Source: a bacterium
GTDB taxonomy: Bacteria; Verrucomicrobiota; Kiritimatiellia; RFP12; UBA1067
Length of the DNA: 60,000 nt
Direction of reading: 5' to 3'
NCBI GenBank assembly: GCA_030537465.1
Contig: JAUNMP010000002.1
Location: 1-60,000 of the forward strand
Under the pieces are notes generated by a model. It ran no database searches and had not been told where the DNA came from. It worked only from the letters and a program-made list of their open reading frames with translations. A program made the translations under genes and the position numbers. Of the stretch, positions 16,577-25,415 are shown in pieces (the first letter of the stretch is position 1; each line of letters starts with the position of its first letter).

Positions 16577-18793
16577 TCAGACTGCGGCCGGAGTCTCCTT
16601 GATCCAGGCCCGGACTTCATCGGTGAGAGCCGACACGGCCTTAATCGTCGCGACAGACACATTTCCCTCGGCATCAGGAAGCTCAAACGTCTCGCCGACG
16701 GACTTGCCCAGCATATTCAGCGCAAGCTTGGTCTTGTTCGAGATGACGCCGCGATCAAGGTCATTGTCCCACTCGCCAAGAATCGTGTACACCAGCTCGC
16801 TGCCAGCCGCCGTCGTGATGGTGACCATCGATCCCGGGCAGACGACCGTGGGAGCGACCACATCGGCGAAGTCAACGGCCTTGACCTCGTTGAGGTCCTT
16901 CTGGAGGACAGACTCCTTCTGCATAAGGGCGCGCTGTTCGTCCTTCGCGTACTGATATTCGGCGTTTTCGGAGAGGTCGCCGTAGCTCTTCGCGAATTCG
17001 ATGCGCTTCGTGTTCTCGGGAATCTCCACCTTGACGAGCTTCTCGTACGCGGCCTGACGCTCGGCATAGGAGCGGAGCGAGGTGATGCGCTCGATCTTCT
17101 TGACCTCTTCCTTCTTGACCTGGCGTGCGGCAAGTTCCGGCACGATGTGCGTCATGCGCACGACAATCAGGTGGTGAGTTGAGGGATCCCACGCGATGGA
17201 AGCCTGGAAACGCTCGAAGAAGAGAGCCTGGTCGGCTGGCTTCAACTGCTTGAAGATGCCCTCGAGCCACTTCGCATCAGCAAAGAGACGGCGGATCACA
17301 TTCTGCATCCGCAGCGTCTCGCCGCCCTGCTTGCCCTCGCCAAGGGCGATGGCATGCGTCAGCAACGTGATGAAGTCGGGCAGACACTCCCAGCCCTTCG
17401 CCACCTTCTCCTCGCCAGGCACAGCCTCACGAGCGGCAAACGCGCGCTGTTCCTTGTAGAACTCCTCGTGCGAATCATGGCGACCAAGAATCAACGTCAC
17501 CAGCGTGGCGGGCGCAGACGGCTGGCGGAGCAGCGCCGCAACGGCCTCGCCGCAGTCGGCATCCTTGCGGAAGTAGGCGAGCGTCTCGGACAGTAGCGGG
17601 AAACACATCTGCGGCAGCACGGCAAAGAGCTGCTTTTTCGTGCCCTCACGGTCGGCGGCAGTCAGGAACGCGACGAGGTTACCCGTCTCGCGAGCCGGCA
17701 GCGTACGCGCGGCGGCAAGATAGCGCTCCTCGTCCTTGAGGCCCTTCTCCCAGAGATAGGTGCGCGCCTTCGCGACAATCTCGGAATCGAGCTTGAGATC
17801 ATCCATGCAGAACGCGATGCGTGCATAGAGCGCGTCGTCGACACCGCGAGCGGCCTTGAGCGCGAAGGCGAGGCGCTCGGCAACAATCGCGCGCGTCTCG
17901 TCATCGAGAGCCTTCGTGCGACCAACACCCTGAAGCTCGCGGACGCTCGAGAGAATGCTCTTGGGATCACGCTGCTGGGCAAGGGCCTTGAACCACATGT
18001 CGCCATAGTCCTCGGCGGCGGCCTTGAGGTGAATCGGGTCGGCGCGGCGCGTGGGGATCTCCACGCACTTGTCCTTGCGGAGGTCGCCACGGGCCCCCTC
18101 CCAGAACTTCTTCCAATTGGCCTGCTTCACGAAACCATGCTGAGAGCAGAGCTCCTCAAGGCGAGTGATGGGCATGTCGCCAAAGCTGCGGAGCATCTCC
18201 TTGACGAACTCGGCCGGAGCATCCTTCAACATCATGGCGATGCGGTCGGGATCGGCCTTCTGGGTCACCAGAATATGGTTTTCCGGCGCCAGGACGAGCG
18301 TCTCGCAGGCTGCATCATAGGTGAGCTGGTGTCCTTTGCGAACACGGAAGTCAACCATCACGCGGCGGTAGAAGTAGTCAATCGACTTGACCTCGCCAAG
18401 CCCCCAGGCGGCGCTGAGCACGAGCGCGCCCTTGTGGAAGGAGAGCAGACGGCCCAGACGACCGACGGCCTCCTTGAGGACGCGCGTGTCGAACCCAACG
18501 CCATCGATGAAGGAAAGGATTTCACGGTCACGTGTCGTCTTCTTGAGCGCATCGCGCACGCCAATGCCCTGCAGGCGCGAACCAAGCAGATCGAAGCATG
18601 CGTAAACCAACTTGAAGGCTCCGTCGAAGTCAGAGGCCTCGACGAACTTGCCGAGCAACTTGGCGGACATTTCCTCGCCACGTCCCGTGGGAACGTTCTT
18701 GATCAATTCCACCATCTCGTCCACGGGATAAGGGGGCTGCTGCAGCAGCTCTTCGAAACGCGCTTCCATCTCTTCTACCGTCTTCTTGTCCAT
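16577..18793 (-). CDS. Long (738 aa) GreA-domain transcript-cleavage factor homolog
   Basis: The C-terminal ~150 aa carry GreA motifs (YGDLSENAEYQYAKDEQ...). The large N-terminal extension resembles chlamydial/PVC GreA. Confidence 0.7.
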   Translation of the reverse strand: MDKKTVEEMEARFEELLQQPPYPVDEMVELIKNVPTGRGEEMSAKLLGKFVEASDFDGAFKLVYACFDLLGSRLQGIGVRDALKKTTRDREILSFIDGVGFDTRVLKEAVGRLGRLLSFHKGALVLSAAWGLGEVKSIDYFYRRVMVDFRVRKGHQLTYDAACETLVLAPENHILVTQKADPDRIAMMLKDAPAEFVKEMLRSFGDMPITRLEELCSQHGFVKQANWKKFWEGARGDLRKDKCVEIPTRRADPIHLKAAAEDYGDMWFKALAQQRDPKSILSSVRELQGVGRTKALDDETRAIVAERLAFALKAARGVDDALYARIAFCMDDLKLDSEIVAKARTYLWEKGLKDEERYLAAARTLPARETGNLVAFLTAADREGTKKQLFAVLPQMCFPLLSETLAYFRKDADCGEAVAALLRQPSAPATLVTLILGRHDSHEEFYKEQRAFAAREAVPGEEKVAKGWECLPDFITLLTHAIALGEGKQGGETLRMQNVIRRLFADAKWLEGIFKQLKPADQALFFERFQASIAWDPSTHHLIVVRMTHIVPELAARQVKKEEVKKIERITSLRSYAERQAAYEKLVKVEIPENTKRIEFAKSYGDLSENAEYQYAKDEQRALMQKESVLQKDLNEVKAVDFADVVAPTVVCPGSMVTITTAAGSELVYTILGEWDNDLDRGVISNKTKLALNMLGKSVGETFELPDAEGNVSVATIKAVSALTDEVRAWIKETPAAV

Positions 18794-18829
18794 GGGCCAC
18801 CCTTCCTTGTTGAAAAAAATGTGGGGAAT

Positions 18830-18858
18830 AGTATATCATTTCCGCCCGACTTGCGCAA
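18830..18858 (-). promoter_or_regulatory. Promoter-like TTGCGC-17 nt-TATACT upstream of the GreA-like gene
   Basis: On the minus strand, -35 at 18858-18853 and -10 at 18835-18830. The ATG lies 36 nt downstream, with an AAGGAAGGG Shine-Dalgarno. Confidence 0.4.
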
Positions 18859-18889
18859 CGCGCCGCTTTTCAAATCGCGAACCTCGTCA

Positions 18890-19771
18890 TCAGTAGTTGA
18901 GCCGCACTTGAATGGACTTGGGTTCAGCGCCGATCTCGCGAATCACGACGGGACATTTGGCAAGAAACAGAAACGCGATCGGCCGATCAACGCGGTCGCT
19001 CATCGTCTCGAAGTTCGCCTGTCCCTTGGCGACAATCAAGTCCGCGGACGCAAATGCCTCTCGGAATTCACTGCCGCAGGTCGCATCAACAACCCCTGGC
19101 ACTCCATCGTCGTTCGAGACCACTCCACCTGCGGCAAAATCATCTGCATATCCGCTTTCCGCAAGTTCGGCGCGTGTTATGTCATTGAAGGCCGGCCGTC
19201 CACGGACGGCGAGGGTGATCTTGCTCCGATATGGTTCCATCAGCAGCCGGTCAAACACGGCCTCCCCGCAGTTGTCGAAGATCCAGAGGATGCTCTTCGC
19301 CGCGTCCATAGACGCCTTCAGTTTCGCGACGGCGGCCCCGTCGACGGGCTTTGTGAAAGCGGTTGCAACCGTCTCCATCGCCGCGGCGATGTCAAGGTCC
19401 GCATAGACCGAAAAATCCAGGATGTTCCCCGCCACGGCGAGCCGCAGGCGACTTTCAAAGGACGTTGGATCCCAACCGGGGATCTCCGGGAGACGCTCCA
19501 TCAGCCGCAGTGCCAGCTTCGTAGAGGTCTTCTTCTCCGGCCCCCACGGGTCGGGCACCTTCCCTCCACTTTTCTCCAGCGCATTGTCGATCAGGCGGCG
19601 GGCATAGCACGGCGGCGGCAGTGGATAACCCTCTGCGGCGGCGGCACCCAGAATTCGCATGCCGGATGCGGCGATCTCGCGTTCGAGAACAGTATCGCCG
19701 CAGGCGCTTTTCCTCGCGAGATCGATCGCGTTCCGCGCCAGGCAGGGCAGACAATCCAGACAGGCCTTCAT
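18890..19771 (-). CDS. DUF89 (ARMT1-like) family protein, putative damage-control sugar-phosphate phosphatase
   Basis: N-terminal MKACLDCLPC motif typical of DUF89. ATG at 19771 with an AGGAGA Shine-Dalgarno, 13 nt after the upstream stop. Confidence 0.65.
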   Translation of the reverse strand: MKACLDCLPCLARNAIDLARKSACGDTVLEREIAASGMRILGAAAAEGYPLPPPCYARRLIDNALEKSGGKVPDPWGPEKKTSTKLALRLMERLPEIPGWDPTSFESRLRLAVAGNILDFSVYADLDIAAAMETVATAFTKPVDGAAVAKLKASMDAAKSILWIFDNCGEAVFDRLLMEPYRSKITLAVRGRPAFNDITRAELAESGYADDFAAGGVVSNDDGVPGVVDATCGSEFREAFASADLIVAKGQANFETMSDRVDRPIAFLFLAKCPVVIREIGAEPKSIQVRLNY

Positions 19772-19784
19772 GTGACGATCTCCT

Positions 19785-20651
19785 TCAACCAAGCATCATC
19801 CGCTCGAACACCAGCGCCTCCCGGGCGGCGGCGTCCATCGCCTCCTCCGAAGTGTCCGCCTCGAGATTGCGCCACACCTTGATGTCCGCCCCCACTTTGC
19901 CGCCGGGACGAATAAACGGCTCCATTGCGACGTTCCCCTCGTATCCAATGTCCTTCAGTGCCTCACCAATCTCGCGCCAGGGCGTACGGCCACGCCCTGG
20001 CACGCGGCGATTGCATTCGCCCGTGTGGAAATGCCCCAGCAATCCCTTTGTCGAACGGATTGCCCCTCCGATGGAGTCCTCCTCGATGTTCATGTGGAAC
20101 GTGTCGAGCATTACCTTCACGGATGGCACGCCGACCTCCTCGACGAACTTCACGCCTTCGGCCGCGGTATTGAGCAGGTACCCTTCGAAGCGATTGAGAA
20201 CCTCGAGGCAGTAGTCGACCCCGCAGTCGCGCGCGACGAGTCCCATCTCGCGCACACCTTCGACCGAACGCGCCCAGTCCGCCGGCTTGTCGATCGGCTT
20301 CGAGTAGTCGACCGGCCAGTAGCTGTAGATGCCACCGCCAATGGTGTGGATTCCCAGCACCTCGAGATTCCTCAAGAGCGTTGTAAAGAAGGCCTTCGCG
20401 TTCGCCCGTACCGCGGGATCCGGCGAAGCGAGGTTCTGGTCTGCGTTCGGCCCGTGCCCTGCCGTGAGGAAGATGCCATTGTCCGCCGCGCATTTCCTCA
20501 AGTCCTTCAGGGTCTGCCGATCATAGCCGTTGATCGGCGTACAGGCAATCTCAAGAAAGTCGAATCCCAGTTTCGCCACCTTCTCGATATACTTGAAGTA
20601 ATCTGCCTTCCACTGGTCTTCCCAATACGCGTAGTAGATTCCGTATTTCAT
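19785..20651 (-). CDS. Ketose 3-epimerase (D-psicose/D-allulose / D-tagatose 3-epimerase family)
   Basis: 288 aa. Strong block-by-block resemblance to Agrobacterium D-psicose 3-epimerase (MKYGIYYAYWE..., LEVLNRFE, DTFHMNIEE, GHFHTGECNRRVPG, MEPF). ATG overlaps the upstream stop (ATGA). Confidence 0.85.
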   Translation of the reverse strand: MKYGIYYAYWEDQWKADYFKYIEKVAKLGFDFLEIACTPINGYDRQTLKDLRKCAADNGIFLTAGHGPNADQNLASPDPAVRANAKAFFTTLLRNLEVLGIHTIGGGIYSYWPVDYSKPIDKPADWARSVEGVREMGLVARDCGVDYCLEVLNRFEGYLLNTAAEGVKFVEEVGVPSVKVMLDTFHMNIEEDSIGGAIRSTKGLLGHFHTGECNRRVPGRGRTPWREIGEALKDIGYEGNVAMEPFIRPGGKVGADIKVWRNLEADTSEEAMDAAAREALVFERMMLG

Positions 20652-22024
20652 TGTGCGCCTCCATAGCCGTTGGGTTTCGTATTCCACAGACAAAGGAAAA
20701 GAGCTGCGCCGATCGCGGTACAGACAAGAACGACATAGAACGGGGCTGCCCAGCCCCCCGTCTGATCCGAGAGCAGCCCCATACCCCATCCAGAAAGAAC
20801 CACGCTTCCATAGGAGAACAGCGACGTGAATCCAACCGCCGTCCCGGCAAAACGCTTCGTCGCGAGATTGACCGCCGTCACACCCGTCATGGCCTGCGGA
20901 CCATAGACGCAGAAGCCCGCTCCCGCCAGCGCCAGCACCGACAGAACCATTGGCACGCCCTTCGGCAGAAACCAGAACGCCGCCATGAAAAGCCCCGCGC
21001 CCAGCATCATGAACATACACACGCGAGGAGCCCGCCCACCCGCTAGACGATCTGTCGCCCAACCGGAGAACAGCGTCCCCAGAATTCCCGCGATCTCGAA
21101 GCAGGCTACCGTCCACCCCGCACCCGCAAGAGAGACGCCCTTGGATTCCTTCAGCAACATCGGCCCCCAATCAAGAATGGCGAACCGTGTCACGTAGACC
21201 ATGAAGCAGCAAAGTCCGACAATCCAGATCGTCGGATTCAAGTAGACCATCTTCAGAGCAGAGGGCGCCTTTCCGTCGGGAATCAGGCAGTCAGCCTCCT
21301 GGGGAACGACCTCCGTGCCCGGCAGATCAGGCAGATTCTCCTCGCGCGGAGTTCCAGGCAGTGTGAACCAGAGAACAGCCAGACCCAAGGCGCAGATGAT
21401 CGCGGGCGCGAAGAAGCACCAGCGCCACATGTCCACACCCACGCCGTCTGCGCCGAGCGCCCCCAGGCCCATGATGTACCCGCAGAGAATCGTCACGAGT
21501 CCCGCGCCGATCGAATGCGACGAATTCCAGAGTGCGAGCTTGGTGGCAAGCTCCCCAGGAGGAATCCAATGGGAAATCAACTTCAGGCAGGGAGGGTTCC
21601 CACTTGCCTGCAGGAATCCATTCACGACCCACACAACGCCGAGGACGGTCACAAGCGCGGACGTGAAGGCGGGTCCATTCCCTCCTCCGGCGACAAGCGC
21701 GGCTAGGACGGGACCGAACCCGAAGGCCACGTTGGCCAGCATCGCCAGGAGAAGCCCCACCATCAGAAAAGTCCTCGGACGGCTTCGATCGGAAATCGGC
21801 CCCGCGACGAACTTCCCCAGTCCATAGACTACGCCGTGAAGCGTGAGGAAGAGCCCGAGCGACGCCTTCGTGACGCCATAGTCCTGTACAAGCCCCGGCA
21901 TCGCCAGCGACAGGTTCTTGCGCAGGAAATAGAACAGCGTGTAGCCCAGAATGGTCGTGGCAAGCATACGCCACTGACCACGCCGGAACTGACGATCAAC
22001 CTCTGGATCGGCGAAGAGCCCCAT
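20648..22024 (-). CDS. MFS transporter, organophosphate:Pi antiporter (GlpT/UhpC-like) family
   Basis: 458 aa, 12 TM segments. N-terminal block YTLFYFLRKNLSLAMP...GLGKFVAGPISDR is typical of OPA-family antiporters. Confidence 0.7.
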   Translation of the reverse strand: MGLFADPEVDRQFRRGQWRMLATTILGYTLFYFLRKNLSLAMPGLVQDYGVTKASLGLFLTLHGVVYGLGKFVAGPISDRSRPRTFLMVGLLLAMLANVAFGFGPVLAALVAGGGNGPAFTSALVTVLGVVWVVNGFLQASGNPPCLKLISHWIPPGELATKLALWNSSHSIGAGLVTILCGYIMGLGALGADGVGVDMWRWCFFAPAIICALGLAVLWFTLPGTPREENLPDLPGTEVVPQEADCLIPDGKAPSALKMVYLNPTIWIVGLCCFMVYVTRFAILDWGPMLLKESKGVSLAGAGWTVACFEIAGILGTLFSGWATDRLAGGRAPRVCMFMMLGAGLFMAAFWFLPKGVPMVLSVLALAGAGFCVYGPQAMTGVTAVNLATKRFAGTAVGFTSLFSYGSVVLSGWGMGLLSDQTGGWAAPFYVVLVCTAIGAALFLCLWNTKPNGYGGAQ

Positions 22025-22026
22025 GC

Positions 22027-23388
22027 CTACGGCGCCATCACCTGGGATCCGGAGGACTCATTGAAGTAGAACTCCTGTCCCGTCGCGTCCATGACACTGC
22101 GCCACAGATCTCCGTCAAGGGGGACCTGCTGGCGCTCGATCGTGGCGAGCCGAATCGGCACGAGCGTGAAGTTTTCGCCCACGGTACCGACCACGCAGTT
22201 CGTACGGCCGGCCATTGCGGCGTGCACCGCATTACGGGCAAGCGTATAGCAGCGGATGGCGTCCGTGCCCCGGGCGGGCACGCTGCGGATCATATAGCTC
22301 GGATCGAAGTACTTGACGCTGGAGGGGATGCCTTTGGCCTTGAAGTGGGCGGAGATCTTCTGCTTGAGGAACTCGCCGATGTCCTTCTTGAGCACATTCC
22401 CGCTCGCATCCGTTCCCGCCTCACCGTCCATGAGCTTCTGCCCGGCACCTTCGGCGACGACGATCACAGTATGGGTCTTTCCGCTCGCGAACCGACGTTC
22501 CAGGGCCGTGAGGAGCCCGTTCGGACCATCCAGCTCAAAATCGACTTCGGGAATCAGGCAGAAGTTGACCACGGGATTCGCCAGCGCGGCGTAGGCCGTA
22601 ATGAACCCGGAGTCTCGGCCCATGAGCTTCACGAGACCGACGCCGTTCATCGTGCCCTTCGCCTCGACATGCGCGCTGCGGACCACATTCGTCGCCTCTG
22701 CGACCGCTGTTTCGAATCCGAAGGACGGCCCCACGAACTGCAGATCGTTGTCAATGGTCTTCGGCACGCCCACGACGGAGATCGACAGATGCCGCGCCAG
22801 GCACATCTCGGCGATGTCACGCGCGCAGCGAAGCGAACCATCGCCACCGATGCAGAAAAGAACGTTGATGTTCATCCGCACAAGCGTGTCAACGATGTCC
22901 TCGGTCGGCTGCTGGCCTCGGGAACTGCCGAGAATCGTACCGCCGATCTCGTGGATCGTGTCCACTTCGTCGGGGTTCAGCAGCAGCGGCTCCTGTCCAC
23001 CCCGAGGCGTGAGCCCCGCGTAGCCATAGCGAATGCCGTAGATGGTCTTAATGCCGTAGTCGAAGGTGAGAATCTCGACGAGGCCCTTGATGACATTGTT
23101 GAGACCGGGGCAGAGTCCGCCCGCGGTGAGAATGCCCACGCGCGTCCAGCTGGGGTCGTGGTAGATCTTCTCATGGGGGCCCGCACGCTCGAAGCTCGGT
23201 TCGTGCCCCAGTCGCTCTTCAAGAAGGCGCAGCAGCGGAACGCTCTCATCCATATAGACGCGTCCGCCCTCGGGGATGAAGGCATGGTGGCGTACGGGAG
23301 AGGCGATCTTGCAGGCCCCCAGCGTATCCACGTCGAAGGGATAGGCCGCAGGATTCGCGGCGATCTTATCAAGTGTACTCGTCAACAT
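22027..23388 (-). CDS. 6-phosphofructokinase (long-form; the GGDGS motif suggests it is ATP-dependent)
   Basis: GILTAGGLCPGLN, IGGDGS and VPKTIDNDL motifs. Confidence 0.85.
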   Translation of the reverse strand: MLTSTLDKIAANPAAYPFDVDTLGACKIASPVRHHAFIPEGGRVYMDESVPLLRLLEERLGHEPSFERAGPHEKIYHDPSWTRVGILTAGGLCPGLNNVIKGLVEILTFDYGIKTIYGIRYGYAGLTPRGGQEPLLLNPDEVDTIHEIGGTILGSSRGQQPTEDIVDTLVRMNINVLFCIGGDGSLRCARDIAEMCLARHLSISVVGVPKTIDNDLQFVGPSFGFETAVAEATNVVRSAHVEAKGTMNGVGLVKLMGRDSGFITAYAALANPVVNFCLIPEVDFELDGPNGLLTALERRFASGKTHTVIVVAEGAGQKLMDGEAGTDASGNVLKKDIGEFLKQKISAHFKAKGIPSSVKYFDPSYMIRSVPARGTDAIRCYTLARNAVHAAMAGRTNCVVGTVGENFTLVPIRLATIERQQVPLDGDLWRSVMDATGQEFYFNESSGSQVMAP

Positions 23389-23411
23389 CTCAAGCTCCGT
23401 TCTGAATGGGA

Positions 23412-24428
23412 TTACGATCCTGCCTTGATGATGAGACCCAATCCTGCCAGGAACAACAGGAACATCACGAAATTAAGAATGTTCGCCTTCTTGGGGGCAC
23501 CGGCGAACTCCCGCCAGACAAGGATGCCCCAGAGGGCCGAGACCAGCGTCGCCCCCTGCCCAAGACCATAGGAGATTGCCGTGCCGGCTTTGCCCGCGGC
23601 GACAAGGTTGATGCCGTTTCCGAGTCCCCAGATCAAGCCTCCGAGGATGCCGACCAGGTGAACGGGCAGCTTTCCCTTGAAGTACTCCTTCCCGGAGATC
23701 GGCTCGCCCGTCACCGGCTTGCGCATGGCGATGCCGTTGAAGAGGAACGTCGAGGCGAAGACGCCGACCGTGAACACGAAGAACGCGGAGTATGGCGTCA
23801 TCTTGCCCATTGCGGGGGCAGCAGCCGCGAAGTCCATGTCCATCGTCCGCGCCACGAATCCATAGAAGAAGCTCATCAGCACGCCACAGATGATCGAGAG
23901 GCCAATGCCCTTGCGGAGGTTCGCGGACTTTCGCTCCTTCGCCATGCCGTCCTTGATCTTATAGGCGAAGGCGTTGCAGAGGATCGCCACCACGATGAGC
24001 GCAACGCCCAGCAACAGCAGCGTGGGATCACCCTTGCGGTCGATGAGGTGGTTCATGAAGACGCCGAGAACAAGCGCGAGGCCGATGCCCACGGGAAACG
24101 CCACGCTCATGCCGGCGATCGAAATCGCCGCCGCGAGGAGGATGTTCGCCGCGTTGAACACGATTCCGCCGAAGAAGGCACTGATCAGATTCGACTGGCT
24201 CGCCTGCTTCAGGTTCGCGAGGAAACTCCACTCGCCGCCGCCCCAGCTGCCGGCTGTCAGACCAGAGATCAACGCGAAGAGCAGCACGCCGATCACGTAG
24301 TCCCAGTAGAAGAGCTCGTAGCGCCAGGTCTTGCCGGCAAGCTTCTGGGTGTTACCCCAACTGCCCCAGCAGAACATGGTCACAACACAGAAGAAAACGG
24401 CCAGCGCATAATTGTTGCAGAAGTACAT
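23412..24428 (-). CDS. DMT/GRP-superfamily sugar transporter (RbsU/GlcU-like)
   Basis: 338 aa, about 10 TM segments. Sits next to ribokinase. Family assignment is from recall only. Confidence 0.55.
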   Translation of the reverse strand: MYFCNNYALAVFFCVVTMFCWGSWGNTQKLAGKTWRYELFYWDYVIGVLLFALISGLTAGSWGGGEWSFLANLKQASQSNLISAFFGGIVFNAANILLAAAISIAGMSVAFPVGIGLALVLGVFMNHLIDRKGDPTLLLLGVALIVVAILCNAFAYKIKDGMAKERKSANLRKGIGLSIICGVLMSFFYGFVARTMDMDFAAAAPAMGKMTPYSAFFVFTVGVFASTFLFNGIAMRKPVTGEPISGKEYFKGKLPVHLVGILGGLIWGLGNGINLVAAGKAGTAISYGLGQGATLVSALWGILVWREFAGAPKKANILNFVMFLLFLAGLGLIIKAGS

Positions 24429-24443
24429 GGCGGGGAGATTCCT

Positions 24444-24491
24444 GGTTTAATGTTTGAAGTTCAAGGTTCCGGGGGGAAAGTTAAAGGTTGA
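24444..24491. repeat. Degenerate heptamer tract (GGTTTAA TGTTTGA AGTTCAA GGTTCCG ... AAGTTAA AGGTTGA)
   Basis: AT-rich, 7-nt periodic sequence between the rbsK stop and the transporter start. Related to the tract at 27765-27813. Confidence 0.5.
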
Positions 24492-24497
24492 AGACGA

Positions 24498-25385
24498 TCA
24501 CTTCACCTCGCGGCGGTGGGGGACGGACGACTGGGCACCGGGACGCGTGACCGCGATGGCGGACGCCTTCTGGGCGAACGCAATCGCCTCGTCAATGGCC
24601 TTACCCTCAGCAAGCGCGACGACGAAGGCTCCATTGAACGTATCACCGGCGGCGACCGTGTCGACGGCCTTCACCCTCACACAGGGATGGATCTTCCCAG
24701 CCGCATAACACCCCTTGGAGCCAAGCGTGATGACGACGTTGCCGACACCCCGCTTCCGCAACACGGCCTCGGCCTTCTGTGCACTTGCGAGATCGACGAC
24801 CTTCACGCCCGTGAGGAGCTCCGCCTCCGTCTCGTTGGGCGTGATCCAGTCCAGACACCGGTAGAGCTCCTTCGGCAACTTCGCCGCGGGGGCGGGATTG
24901 AGCACGACGGGCACGCCCTTCGCTTTCGCGGTCTGCGCCGCCCACAGCACCGTCTCGAGCGGCGTCTCGAGCTGAAGCAGCAGTGCGTCGGCGGACTGGA
25001 TGTCCTTCGCGAACTTCTTCACGTCCTTCGGGAGGAGCGTGCCATTTGCGCCCAGCGCAACGGAAATGCAGTTCTGCCCCTTCGGGTCCACCAGAATGAG
25101 CGCGGTGCCGGACGCGACCTTCTTGTCGACGACCAGTTTTGCGTCGATTCTGTCAGCAGCGAGCCGAGCCGCGGTCTCTCGACCGAAGAGGTCGTCGCCA
25201 ACCTTGGCGATAAAAGTGCACTGACCCTTCTTCGCGGCAAGACGCGCCACGGCCACAGCCTGATTCGCGCCCTTCCCGCCGGGATTCATCATGAACGAAC
25301 CTCCACAGACGGTCTCCCCTGGAACGGGGATCTTCGCACCTGAAATCACCATGTCCGTGTTCGTGCTGCCCAATACGACGATCAT
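24498..25385 (-). CDS. rbsK: Ribokinase
   Basis: PfkB-family motifs GGKGANQAVA and DTVAAGDTFNGAF, 295 aa. Confidence 0.85.
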   Translation of the reverse strand: MIVVLGSTNTDMVISGAKIPVPGETVCGGSFMMNPGGKGANQAVAVARLAAKKGQCTFIAKVGDDLFGRETAARLAADRIDAKLVVDKKVASGTALILVDPKGQNCISVALGANGTLLPKDVKKFAKDIQSADALLLQLETPLETVLWAAQTAKAKGVPVVLNPAPAAKLPKELYRCLDWITPNETEAELLTGVKVVDLASAQKAEAVLRKRGVGNVVITLGSKGCYAAGKIHPCVRVKAVDTVAAGDTFNGAFVVALAEGKAIDEAIAFAQKASAIAVTRPGAQSSVPHRREVK

Positions 25386-25415
25386 ATGGCGGTTCCTTTC
25401 TGAGACGGTGAATGG

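Noticed and set aside
18029-19882. 617-aa plus-strand ORF
   Set aside because: It is antisense to the GreA-like and DUF89 genes, crosses their intergenic region, and has shadow-frame composition.
19785-21170. Full 461-aa ORF as the epimerase gene
   Set aside because: The first 173 codons overlap the MFS transporter gene and are Gly/Arg-rich. The homologous epimerase sequence begins at MKYGIYY (ATG at 20651), which has a GGAGG Shine-Dalgarno and an ATGA overlap.
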